DNA of 60,707 nucleotides, filler included, from Basidioascus undulatus (GCA_000826855.1; 11 parts of 11 records of this genome joined end to end with filler, not necessarily neighbours in it), one strand, 5' to 3'. Positions 49,689 through 60,707 are shown, counted from the whole stretch's first letter. The notes: generated from the letters alone by a model not told the origin. Made by a program: numbers and translations.

Positions 49689-49788
49689 NNNNNNNNNNNN
49701 NNNNNNNNNNNNNNNNNNNNNNNNNNNNNNNNTTAATTAATTAANNNNNNNNNNNNNNNNNNNNNNNNNNNNNNNNNNNNNNNNNNNN
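49689..49788. other. Artificial contig-joining spacer
   Basis: N44-TTAATTAATTAA-N44. Confidence 0.98.
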
Positions 49789-49899
49789 CCCCTGTCCCTC
49801 ATCTGGTCTTGTTCTCTCCTACCCTCCCCTTAGCCTTGTCCTCTACTCCTTGCCCTTTCTTCATCTATCTTGCATCTTGACACCAACCCTGCTGGTAGT

Positions 49900-50583
49900 C
49901 CCCGCTGTAATCTGTCTTACCCAGTCAAGTCCTGACAGGATCATCTGTCCACATTGGCAGTGGGTGACAGTCATATTCCCTTCCTTCCTGGCCTCCTCAC
50001 TGTCCACAATGATGATGATCTTTTCTTTGACCTTCCTCTCCCACCCTTTTGATACTAACTGATGCTCTTGGGGGAGTGCTCTGGTGCTGCCCCCTCACAT
50101 CCCAGCTTAGGGTGTCCCATTGGCATTGCTGAGGTTGACTGCCTTCACCTTGAATGACTCAGGGAGGCTCGAAACATTTCGGAGCATTGTCACCCCTGGC
50201 TAGTTGAGCTATTTGGTTGTTGAGGTGTAAGACATGGTCATCCAGGGCTGACCCCACATGTAGGAAGAACATGACAAGCTTGTCAAACTTGATAAAGGAA
50301 CTGAAGAAGCCAGCAAGGCTGACAGTGCCTTCTGACTTGACATAGTGGGCGAGACAGGAAAGTACAGGGGCATTGGGGAGAGAGGCAATGCTGGCGTTGA
50401 GGATGAGCACTGCGGCAAAGTGCGGGGAGGTGAGGTGCTCGAGCGCGGTCGTGGCTGTTAGGGCCTCGGAGACGCGGGAGCGAGCGCGGAGAGCATCGAG
50501 GAGAGGAGCATGGGCCTTGTCTGAGAATGATTCCTTCTCGAGAGAGATTAGGAGAATGGACAGCTTGGATGATGCTCGGCCAT
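49900..50583 (-). pseudogene. Fungal protein of unknown function, CpG-eroded pseudogene
   Basis: The ATG at 50583 is out of frame with SILLISLEKESFSD...LLDALRARSRV...AVLIL...YVKSEGTV..AGFFSSF. Downstream WGQPW..SY..TTK*LN* and LPESFKVKAVNL lie in shifted frames with stops. Confidence 0.6.
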
Positions 50584-50892
50584 TGTTTTGAGGTGAGGGG
50601 GGAAGGAACAGGGGAGGAAGAAGGTCCCCAGGGTGCTTGCACGCTTGCACGCTTTCACGTGAACGTGAAGAGAAGACATGCTGATACATACGTTCCCACG
50701 CCCACCTTCCTCCATTCACCCCTATCCCCGCCCCCTCGCGCCTCTCCGCTGGGCCGTGCGTGTGTGGGCGGTTGGCCACTGCTCAGGCTTGCCATCCTTC
50801 TGCCAACACACCGTCCAGTGCGCGACCGACCGACCCGGCCCCCTTCTCACCCCCAACCTCCATATCCACATACCCCCCCCCAGTCGCTGACC

Positions 50893-52824
50893 ATGGCCGC
50901 TCGCGACTGCGGCACCTGCGCAAAGAAGGTCTACCCGAACGAGAAGCTCTCGATCGCGGACGAGTGGTTCCACCGCACCTGTCTGTACGTATGCGCTCCC
51001 TCGAGGGGTGTCTGGTAGGAGGCTGAACCCCTTCCCTTATACTCCATCTCACAGCAAATGCTTCTCCTGCGGCGTCACCCTCAACCTCAAGTCGGTCTAT
51101 ACCTCCTCCCTCCCCCCGACCGCTGTCGCTCTCCACCCCGACAGCCCGCTCCACGCCGCGCCCGCACTGCAGCACCAGCCGCAGACGCTCGAGCTCAAGA
51201 AGCGCCTCTACTGCGCCAAGCATGTCCCCCGCCAGCAGCACACGTCCGTCGTCGACAGCGTCACCCTCCGCCGCGCGCTCAGCGCCCCCAAGGCCGATAA
51301 GGACGGGGGGAAGAAGGGGCTCGTGGGGAACCGGATGGGCAGCATGAGGTGAGCTGGAAGGGGATTTATTTGGTTGTGGCTTGTTGGAGAGAACACGAAG
51401 GCGCTGCAGGGGAAGCGAGCGCTCATGAAGCGCATATGGGGGCACAGATTCAAGGGGTTGACGCTGCGCAGCCGCACCGTGAAGAGCGCCATGGGTAAGC
51501 GACAATCTCGTCCAGGTCTGGCATGCAGGAAGGAGGGAGCGCTGAACGTTTGGGCTCCATGCATCCGCAGAGGCGCCCAAGACTGCTGCTGAGGGCCTCA
51601 AGAAGACCAAGGTCGTCGTCGGCACCGTTCGCGGCGCGGACCTGTCGAGCCTGAACATCGCACACGCTCTGGGTACGTCGTCCCCTCCCCTTTCCTCCTT
51701 CTCCGCGCACCCACCGCTCATGTCCGCGCTACTTCTTCGCAGAAATGACCAAGCAGACCTCCTCGCCGATCACGTCCATGCCGGCGATCACCGCGCAGCT
51801 GACGGGTCTGCAAGCGAACCACTTCCCTTCGCCCTCGATTCCCTACTCGCTGCACTCGCCCACCGAAGGCAGCGGCATTCGCTTCGAATGCACGCCCAAC
51901 GGCGCGGGGGAGGACGGCGGCCTGGCGCGGGAGGAGAAAGGCGAGAAGGAGCGGCCCGAGGAGGTCGTGGAGAAGAACCTGGTGCGCAAGCTCATGCGCG
52001 CGTTCAACCTGGGCGAGGTCGCAGAGCTCGAGATCCAGCCCACCGGCGTCCGCCTCCCGCGCTCTTCTGCCCCCGACGCACCCCCGCCGGAGCGCATCGA
52101 GGAGGTCGAGCTGCCTTCGGCCCTCGCGCAGCTCACGCTCCGCGACGCAGCGGCGACGGGCACGCTCACCGTGCGCACCATCGCGTCCACGGCCCCCAGC
52201 TCCGGGCGCCCCAGCCTCCTAGGCATCTTCGACCCCCCCAAGCCCGCCGGCGCCGCCGCGGACGACGAGCTCGCACCCTCCGTCAAGGAGAAGACGATCC
52301 GCGGCGACGGCCGCTTCCGCACGAGTGCAGCGCGCGCCGCGCGCGGGACCTCCGCACTCACGGCACTGTTTGCCCCCGGTGGGGCGGAGCTCGTGCCCCT
52401 CCCTGACTCGCCCGAGCTCGGCCCCACGACGTTTGGGGATCGGGGGAGCGAGGCGGACGTCAGCGAGCTTGGGGAGGGCGAGGACGAGGGCGAAGACGAG
52501 GACGGCTCGGACGTCGGGCCTGAGGAACTCGCGAAGCTTATGGAGAGCGAGGGTGTCGAGGTGCGTGCTCTTCCTTGCACGTCTTCTTTCGAGTTTTCGA
52601 ACTGAACTATTGGGATGCGGTGCCAGGTTACCCTTCTCTACGAGGACGAAGTCGAGCCAGAACAGATCGACGAAGGCGACCTCGCGGCAGACGCGGACGA
52701 GGAGGACAACAGCACGACCGCGTCCGCGTCCACGTCCGGCCCAAGCAGCACCATCCTCCCCACCCCCGTCGCCGCCCCCGTCGCCCTCGTCGCCTCCGAC
52801 TCCCCCGTCCCGGTTGCGGCCTAA
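50893..52824 (+). CDS. LIM-domain protein (LASP/hillarin-type N-terminus) with short internal repeats and an acidic tail
   Basis: CGTCAKKVYPNEKLSIADEWFHRTCL|KCFSCGVTLNLKS...LYCAKHVP provides all eight LIM zinc ligands. Five canonical introns keep the frame to TAA 52822-52824. Confidence 0.88.
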
Positions 52825-53485
52825 TGACATCTCCCCCGGAGTGGCCAGCGTTCACTGTAGCGTTTCTCTGTGTCCGTCTCGCGTTCCAGCTCCTCTTTGG
52901 GGTATCGTTTGGCGCGGGCTCGGACTTTTCGTATCGGCTTCTTTTTTCTTTGGGGTATAGTTAATGTGGATCACGATTTGTCACGACTTTGGAACGATCT
53001 TAATGCATCGATACGAAGACTGTCGCTGCTGGGGTGTGCGTGGGGTGGCGATGATCTCTCCTGCTGATCATCTCTCCTCCTGTGTTGTCGACTTGTTCAC
53101 TTTGATAAACATGCTACTACGGACTGCTGATTTTGCGCAAAGCGTGCTCAAGCGGGCGCGAGACCTGCAAAGTTGGAGAAGCCTGTCGGAACTTGGAAGC
53201 CAGACTGCAAAGGATAGAATAATCGTACGGACGCTTGCTTTCTCTGCCTCGATGTCTTACACTCTACATGACCATTAGGAAATTTCTAACTTAGTATGCG
53301 CAAGACAAGGAGGCCGAGGACAGCATGCAAATTGCAGCGCGGGCTGTCAAGCTGTTTGACACGCAAGCCAGCGGGTGAAACGCGCTGGCAGAGCGCCTGA
53401 GCGCGACCGGGATGCTTGCTCGCACTTCACCGCGTCCTCGCACTGCACTTTGCTTTCGCCCATTTCTGGTTCCAGCTGCGCGACG

Positions 53486-55198
53486 ATGCCCGACGCCGCC
53501 GCTGATGTTCCGAACGGGCACGTCCCGGACGCGCCGGCGTCTGAGGAGCAGACGAACCTGTGGTCGTCCATCCTCGACTCCGTCTCGAGCTCGAAAGCCA
53601 GGGTGCCCACGAGGAACGTCCTTGTTATTGGTACGCGTCCATCTCGCTTGCGTGCGGGCACCAGAAGCGCTGATTGGGATGGGTGGGACAGGGGAACCTC
53701 GATCGGGGAAATCTACACTCGTCTCCCATATCACTGGGATCCCCCCGCCGGCTGAGGCTGCAGGGGGGAAGGACGCGAGCCGCGAGCTCGACTTTGCGCT
53801 TGGGTCGGACTACTGCGATGTGAATGACGAGGGGGATGATGGTGAGCTTCAGAGTTTCTTTGGATGTCGCAGTCATACAGTGCTCAAGATCTTCCGTGCT
53901 TCCCAGACACCCTCGCCCGACTCTCCCTCTACGAGCTCCCCTCCTCCGACCCAGCATACCTCAACCTCCTCTCCCTCCCGCTCAACCCCTCCGCCCTGCC
54001 AAACACCCTCGTGCTCGTCGTCCTCGACTGGGAGCGCCCATGGCACTTTGTGCGGGACCTCGCGCGCTGGGTTGCCGTCCTCGAGGAGCGCGTGGCCGAC
54101 TTGCGGCGGGAGGGCGAGGCGGAGAGCGGGAAGGAGGGCGGATGGAGCAGGGTCGGGGTCGCACTGGACGAGATGCGGGAAAAGCGTGAGAACTTTCGCC
54201 TACTTGAGGCAGGGCAGGCTTTGGGCTCATCACGAGGAGGAGCGTCTCGCAGTCGAGGCGACGATCCAGACCTACACCGAACCACCCCTGCCCGCACCCT
54301 CCTCCACCACCAACGCCTCCCAGCCCGCACCCATCGCCCCCGCCCCCGTCTTTGCCGCACCCGGCGATCTCCTCCCCCTCGGCTCGGGCGTCCTCACGCA
54401 CAACAAGTCCGGCATCCCGCTCGTCGTGGTCTGCCACAAGTCAGATGCGATTGAGCGCGCCGAGGCGCAGGGGAAGCATGGCTGGGCGAAGGAGGAGGCG
54501 GTCGACTGGGTCCAGCAGGTCCTGAGAGGGATCTGCTTGAAATGTGCGTTGTTTCCCTTCCGAGATGCAGGGCAACGGATCGGCTGTCTGATGAAAGACA
54601 CCGCCCAACACAGACGGCGCTGCCCTCTTCTACACTTCTCAAACCCGCCCCGAATCCTTCTCCCGCCTCCGCGCCTACATCCTCCATCGTCTCTTCACCT
54701 CCCCAACCACCCTTTCTTCCTCCGCCGCCGCCGCACCCAGCGGTGCGCCGCCCCCCACCGGACCGCGCCCCTTCCCCTTCCCCTTCCGCGCAAACGTCAT
54801 TGACCGCGACGCCGTGCTCGTCCCGACCGGCTGGGACAGCTGGGGCAAGATCCGAGTCCTGCGCGAGGGCTTCGACGCGGACGCGGACGTCGTGTCCTCA
54901 GGCTGGGACGCAGATGTCGAGCGCGAGCGAAGGCGCGTGTCCGGCGCCGCACTGGGCGAGGACGAGGGCGGAACGCCGGGCGAGAGCGCCCGACAAGCGT
55001 GGGAAGTCGTCGTGCCCGACCCTGCTACCGCCGTCTCCCACTCTGCTGCGTCCCATGCGGCAGCGCAGCGCGCGCAGCCGGTAGTAGCCGAGGACGAGTC
55101 CGACTTCTTGTCGAAGCTTCACGCCCAGATGCAGCAGGACCCCGGGCGCGCCCCGCCTTCGCCGGCTGCCACGGCCGTCACGCCGAAGTTGGAGCACC
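53486..55198 (+). CDS. Cytoplasmic dynein light intermediate chain, 3' truncated
   Basis: NLWSSILDSV, P-loop-like VLVIG|EPRSGKSTL, VLDWERPWHF, GIPLVVVCHKSD, QQVLRGICLKYGAALFYTS, ANVIDRDAVLVPTGWDSWGKIRVLREGFD. Confidence 0.94.
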
Positions 55199-55298
55199 NN
55201 NNNNNNNNNNNNNNNNNNNNNNNNNNNNNNNNNNNNNNNNNNTTAATTAATTAANNNNNNNNNNNNNNNNNNNNNNNNNNNNNNNNNNNNNNNNNNNN
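55199..55298. other. Artificial contig-joining spacer
   Basis: N44-TTAATTAATTAA-N44. Confidence 0.98.
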
Positions 55299-56590
55299 CC
55301 CCCGCGCCGGCGTCCACGACTGAGCCGTCCACCTGGGCCGCGCCGACCTCGACCGCCTCGTACGACGGCGGCGACAACCAGTGGGATGACGAGGACGACG
55401 AGGACCTCCCGTGGTGCGACGAGCTCTAAGCTGCGCGCCGCGGACGACTTCCTCCAGACCGTCGATCCTCTCCGTCCCAGTCTCTCGGTTCTTGCGCACT
55501 TCCGTTGTTCCCGGCCGGTCGGTTATCCCTCCTCTTCTTTCCGCCTCGCTTGATCTCGCCCACAAACACTCTTGTCTTCCTCGATACCCTTAGTACCTTC
55601 CCCGTATTCTGCCCCTCTCTCGCAGTCGGCATAAACTGCTCTCACAACCTTGACGTCGCGCCTGCTTGATGATTCTTCCTTGAGCGGCCGGCTCGCTCTT
55701 ATCCACGCATCGCTCGCGTCATCCGCCGTTTACGCCCGCTGTCCTTTTTTTCTTGCTTTATCATTCAACTCTTTCGGACTGGTTCTGCAAAACTCTCGCC
55801 TGCTGTCGGCGTCGGCCGATGCTTTTCAGACTTGGGCTGCGGTGGTCCTGCTGCGGCTGGCTAGCTTGGGCCTGTGTCCGAACTACACTGTTATTGCTGC
55901 GAGATGCTCAGCGAAAGTGGAGGTGTCCAACACTTCTGTCGGATAGTTTGGAGTTCAATTGAAGCACGGCCGTCTCAAGCAGGAGCTTGAAGTGGTTGTG
56001 CGAGGCAGCAACAGGAACTTTAAAGCCACGATGCCGACGTCCTTTCAAAGTGACCAATCGCTATCCGCGTACAATTCCGATGTAGCTTCCTTGTCACACA
56101 TGTTGATCTGATTCGCAGACGAAATATCACAAGTGAGGTGTGCAATGGAACGCAATGCCGGCGGTTGCTAGCTTGAGGGCCGAGCGAGAGATCGGCTTGG
56201 GACGCCTGAGTCGCACTATGATGCCTGCCGCGCTCGCTCCGCTCGAAGTCTCTATCTGACCACTATACACTCACATTGGCCCCTAATAATACAACGGGAC
56301 TGACCGCTTTCCGCAGTCTCGTGCTCCATATTCGAACTTGCTATAGCTGGCCGGACACCCTCCGCTAACGGATGAACGGATGCACGTTCGCTCGCCGAGG
56401 TCTCATGACCCTCTCGCTCGACCACCTGCTCGTCCTAGTCCTCCACTATCCATCGTCCGTGCGGTAATAGACGCGCGTTTCGATATGGTTGTCTCTAACG
56501 TTTCACTATGCGCTACGCTCGTCGAGTCGTGGTGCGGCGATGACGACCACATCCCGGGGCATCGGGAGTAGCCTCCTCCTGCGCTGCCCA

Positions 56591-56596
56591 TATAAA
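56591..56596 (+). promoter_or_regulatory. Putative TATA box
   Basis: TATAAA 180 nt upstream of the secreted-protein ATG, followed by a CT/CA-rich leader. Confidence 0.5.
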
Positions 56597-56770
56597 CAGC
56601 TTGGCCCGGCCAGACTCGTCTTTCTCCCCACCTCACATAGCTACCGCACAGCGCTTCTGCACTCTCACATCGAACGGACTCGTCCGCCCTCACACTCTTT
56701 TACAACACCTACACTCTTTTGATACTCGCTGCCTACACCGCCCCTCCCCCACTTACACCGTCATCTAACA

Positions 56771-57824
56771 ATGTTCGCCCGCGTCTTCACTCTCGCCGTC
56801 GCCGCCGCCTCTGCGGGTAAGTCGTTGCTTTTGAACGGTGAGGCAGCGTGTTCGGGACCCAAGCTCACGGGCCGACCTTATTTGCAACCCCAGCCTCTGT
56901 CATCGCCGCGCCCATCAACGCCAACGGTGTCGTCAGCAAGGTAGGAACCACCGCCAACAGTGAGCTCAACACCGTTGGCAAGACTGCCGGCACCGTCGTC
57001 GCCGACCTCAAGGCCGCTGCTCCGATCCGCCGCCAGGCCCTCGGCGCTGGCGCCGTCACCGGCCAGCTCACTTCCGTCACTGCTGTCGGTGTGTGCCGAT
57101 CCTGTTTTCTCCAAGCGCACTCATATCCTGACCGAATCTACGTGGTTCTTCGCAGTCTCCTCCGTCAAGGAGCAGGTCCTCGGCGGCAACATCCTCTCGA
57201 CCATCGAGGGCCTCACCGCCAACGGCGCTGTCCCCTCGCTCGAGCAGGTCCAGCCTGGTACGATATGCCGTTATAATTGCTCTAGAAATCTTGCCAATTC
57301 TCGTTTTTTGTCCACCAGTCATCGACACCGTCGTTGGCATCGTTGACCAGGCCACCGGTGCCCTGAAGGCCCTCAACGGCAACGCCGGCGAGGTCAACGC
57401 CGACCAGATCTCCAAGGAGCTCACCGCCGTCCTCGGACAGCTCGTCACCACCCTCGGCCCCGTCATCAAGATCGCCGGCCAGAACAAGGAGATCGCGAAC
57501 GTCCTGCTCAAGCTCGATGGCGTCCTCACCGGCCTCATCTCCACCCTCTCCGGCCTCGTTTCCACCGTCCTCAACACCGTCCTCGGCTCCCTTCGTGGCT
57601 CCGGCCTCACGGTCGTCTCTGACCTCGTCGGCGGCCTCCTCGCCAACGGCCCCGCTGCTGGCCTCCTCGCCACCCTCCTCGGCCACGCTGACCTCCTCAA
57701 CAGCCTGTAAGTCATCGACGCTTTTTCGTGAAGTGACATGACCGGTACTTATACTTCCTGCTTGCACCACAGCCTCGGCCAGCTCCCCCTCGTTGGCGGT
57801 CTCCTCTCCACCCTTGGCCTCTAA
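56771..57824 (+). CDS. Secreted cysteine-free amphipathic helical protein (Sc15-like)
   Basis: Signal peptide MFARVFTLAVAAASAASVIAAP, a dibasic RR site, and Leu/Val/Gly/Ala-rich helices ending LGQLPLVGGLLSTLGL*. Four introns and very strong codon bias. Confidence 0.8.
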
Positions 57825-58192
57825 GCCTCTTTAGTGCCTCTGTATACCCCTTTCTTTGACCTGCAGGAATCATGCCACAGCGCGTGTCTCGATTCCCTTT
57901 GAATACCACTTCGTGCTTGAGTCGGCCTTTGAGTCTGCCATTCGCGACGAGAGTGCGTGCGCATATCATCGCGGCCGCTTCCAACGGTTCAGGCCCTGAG
58001 CCCAGCGCGCTGAAATGCTGTTCGGAGTCTTCGTAACCTTTTGAGCCACTAGGTAGCGCCTCCTACAGCGTTCTTACATGTCAAGCTGGTCGTATGGCAC
58101 GGTTATCTGCACTGCGTGCTGTCGGTAGCAAACGGGCAAGGAATGAATGCCAAGTCCACGCAGATATAGTTCCACCAATATTCCAAAACGCT

Positions 58193-59546
58193 CTATTTCG
58201 CCCACGGCAGTGGTTTCGACAAGTCCACATTCCCCCCGCTCAAGATGATCGCGACAGGGCCCTCAACGCCCGAAACGCCTCGCTGCGAGCAGCCGCGAAC
58301 GCGACTGCCCCGCTCGGCTCAACGACGAGCTTTGCCCTCTCCCAAAGAAGATGCATCGCATCGATGATTTCCTGGAAGGACTAAAGCGTCAGACTGGGGC
58401 CGCGGCGGTACTGAACCGACAGAGATAGGACCCACCTCCTCCGAGACAGTGATCACCGACTCGACATACTTCTGGATGATTGGAAAGTTGATCCTCCCCA
58501 CGGGCGTGCGTAGCCCGTCAGCAATCGTATTCGCCTTGACCGTGACTTCACGCTCGCCTTTCGGGAGTCCTCGCGCGCAGTCGTTGCGGAAAAGATACAG
58601 TCAATGAAAGCCTATCCAGCCTGAAGGGTTGGTTTACGCGTACCAGAACCAAACACGCGGACACCTGTGCCTGCGGCCGCAAGCGACGTGCCGGCGAGAA
58701 GACCCCCTCCCCCGACCGGCGTGATGACCGCTCCAAGTTTGCCGTATCCCTGCTCAGCTGCCTGGGCCTCGATCTCCAGGAAGCAAGTACCCTGGCCTAA
58801 TAGCGATCATAGAGGTCACACATACTCGTCGTAAAAGACAGGGAAGACCGAGACGCACTGAGAATGGTGTTCGCCGCGTCATACGGCGCTGGAAAACGTC
58901 GGACGGCAACGCTGTCAGTCCCAAATTTCACACGGCAGCGGGGTGAGACAGCGCACGAATGAAGGTCGCCCCCGTACGAGCCTGTACTTCAGCGAGCGTT
59001 TTCTCCCGGTCCTTGAGAGTTGGCGGGCAGAAGACAAGCTCGGCTCCGTACCCGCGCGTAGACGCAACCTTGCACTCGGCGCTGTTGGAGGGCTGTGTCG
59101 TCGAATCAGCGGCCTGACACCTTGGCCATGGGAAGAGAAATGTACCATCACGACATAGCACTTCGCACCGCGTGCTTTGGCAGCCATCGCTAAAGCGGAC
59201 GCATGGTTGCCTGGTTCGTGGACGCGCGAAGAAGGTCAGTCCTCGCGCCACGTATCCCCTGTACGCCGGTGCGATCGACAGTGGATGTACCCGAGCTATG
59301 CGTGCAAACGCCCTTCGCAAGCTGCTCCTCGGACAAGCATGCAAGTGAGTAGCTCGCCCCGCGAATCTTGAACGCGCCCGCGCGCTGCAGCGACTCGGGC
59401 TTGAAGAGGAGGACGTTGCGCCCGCCCGAGGCGTCAAGCGAAAGGTTGGACGAGGTGAGCAGCGGCGTGCTATGGATCAGCGGAGCGATCACGGTGTGCG
59501 CGTGCTCAATCGAGGTGCGTGTTAGCGGGAGGTGAGTCGTCGACAT
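58193..59546 (-). pseudogene. Serine racemase / threonine dehydratase-family PLP enzyme (SRY1-like), disrupted
   Basis: IHSTPLLTS, FKPESLQRAGAFKIRGA, THSSGNHA, GQGT, PVGGGGLLAG, TIADGLRTPVG, KLVVEPSGAV, ILSGGNVD. A splice acceptor and the EP motif are missing at ~58585, and there is a frameshift at ~58265. Confidence 0.85.
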
Positions 59547-59959
59547 TGCGGTGAGGGCGTGGTGATGGGGAGAGGCAAGAGGCAAGACGGACAAGGAACC
59601 GCATGGGTGACAGCGGGCATCGCGTGCCACCTCCGCACGCTGGTGAGCAAGTGCGGTATTATTCGCAATGCCGCCGCAGTCTTCAAAGATACATGGCTAT
59701 TATTCTTCACGATCAAATCTAGAAACCTTGTAGGATTGTGGCTTTGACGTGGCCACTTTCTGGCAAAAGGGAGGCAGGTCGCCGGCACCACGAATTCGAG
59801 CGTTGGTCAATCCGCTTGCTTCCCATAGTCGACCGGCCCGACTTGACTTGGAAGCTGCGATAGAGACTTGCAAATGAGTTTGCGTTTACGGGCGAGCAGG
59901 CATTGCAGGTTACTTGCACCGACGCGTCCACAAGAAAATCTTTCATGGCCATGCAGCCC

Positions 59960-60707
59960 TCATGCGTCCCCGGCCTCTTCCCGCGCCTGAGTCTCAGCGA
60001 CCTTCTCCGCCTGCGCAGCGCCCTTCTTCCCCTGCCCTTCCTGAGCAGACCACTCGCGCCGCTTGCGCTCCTTCTCCTCCCGCTTCGCCCGCGCCTTGTC
60101 CTCGTCGAACCCCCCCGTGGGCGTGGACGCGCCCGAGGCGGAACCGGGGCCGTCGCCCACGTACTCCCACTTGCGCGAGTCGAGCGTGATCGTTACAGGG
60201 CCGTCGTTCACGAGGGATACCTGCATCATCGCGCCGAACTGGCCATCTGCACCGGGGAGGGACGTCAATCGCACATGAACAGCGAGTGTTTAGAACGAGA
60301 AAAATGAAAGCCATAGGCAGGGACAGATAAACGTACTCTTGATCTTAGCGGGATCGTACGCCTCCCCCATCCGCTTCAGGAAAGCATCGTACATAGCGCT
60401 CGCACGATCAGGCGGCATAGCTTGGTGGACTGTAAGCTCATCTCCCACCCCGTCAGTGAGCCCAATAGCCCCGACATGCCGCCTCACCCACAGTCCGGTT
60501 TGCTCCCCTTTGAAGTCTTAGCGAAGAGGGTGAATTGCGAAACTGCCCCCGCCTCCCATCTCAGCAACACCGCTTCCAAACAAAGACCCAGCCCAAACGC
60601 GCACCTACCGCAAAGCACCTCCCCGCCCAGTTCCTTCACGCTCCGCTTCCACGGCGTGCCGTCCTCGGCGTCCCACAGGCGGAGCGAGAGCAGCTTGGAC
60701 ACGACGT
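59960..60707 (-). CDS. DTD1: D-aminoacyl-tRNA deacylase, 5' truncated
   Basis: [25 protein letters not shown]...[31 protein letters not shown] contains the SQFTL and NDGPVT signatures. Confidence 0.96.

Noticed and set aside
5451..55298. Regularly spaced TTAATTAATTAA as a biological repeat or CRISPR-like array; ORFs ending XXXLIN
   Set aside because: This is a synthetic six-frame-stop linker embedded in Ns.

Overview
Eukaryotic, intron-rich, GC-rich fungal DNA, most likely a basidiomycete (eEF3 present; ~55-70 nt introns with GTGCGT/GTACGC/GTTCGT donors and CTGAC/CTAAC-type branch points; Pucciniomycotina-like is an inference only). The window is not one locus. It is eleven ~5.4 kb contigs joined by artificial 100-nt spacers (N44-TTAATTAATTAA-N44), so adjacency across spacers means nothing and many genes are cut by contig ends. 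Recognisable housekeeping genes, mostly partial: an LRR protein, VPS54, an NmrA-like reductase, TEF3/eEF3, COX19, GET3, a ribosomal-L1-domain protein, ARC1, PAB1, KHA1, dynein light intermediate chain, DTD1 and tRNA-Glu(CTC). Between them lie many decayed accessory genes: a thaumatin-like protein, a CALB-type lipase, a serine racemase, and several F-box/RNI-like copies. Most notable observations: a LASP/hillarin-type LIM protein with ~35-residue repeats; an intron-split homeodomain with Arg in place of the near-invariant Asn51; three putative GC-AG introns within 1.3 kb; an eEF3 start codon split by a 406-nt hairpin-containing intron that also holds an alternative in-frame ATG; a CpG-depletion gradient running into a host gene; and a serine racemase directly downstream of DTD1. 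All gene models were spliced by eye and no database searches were run.
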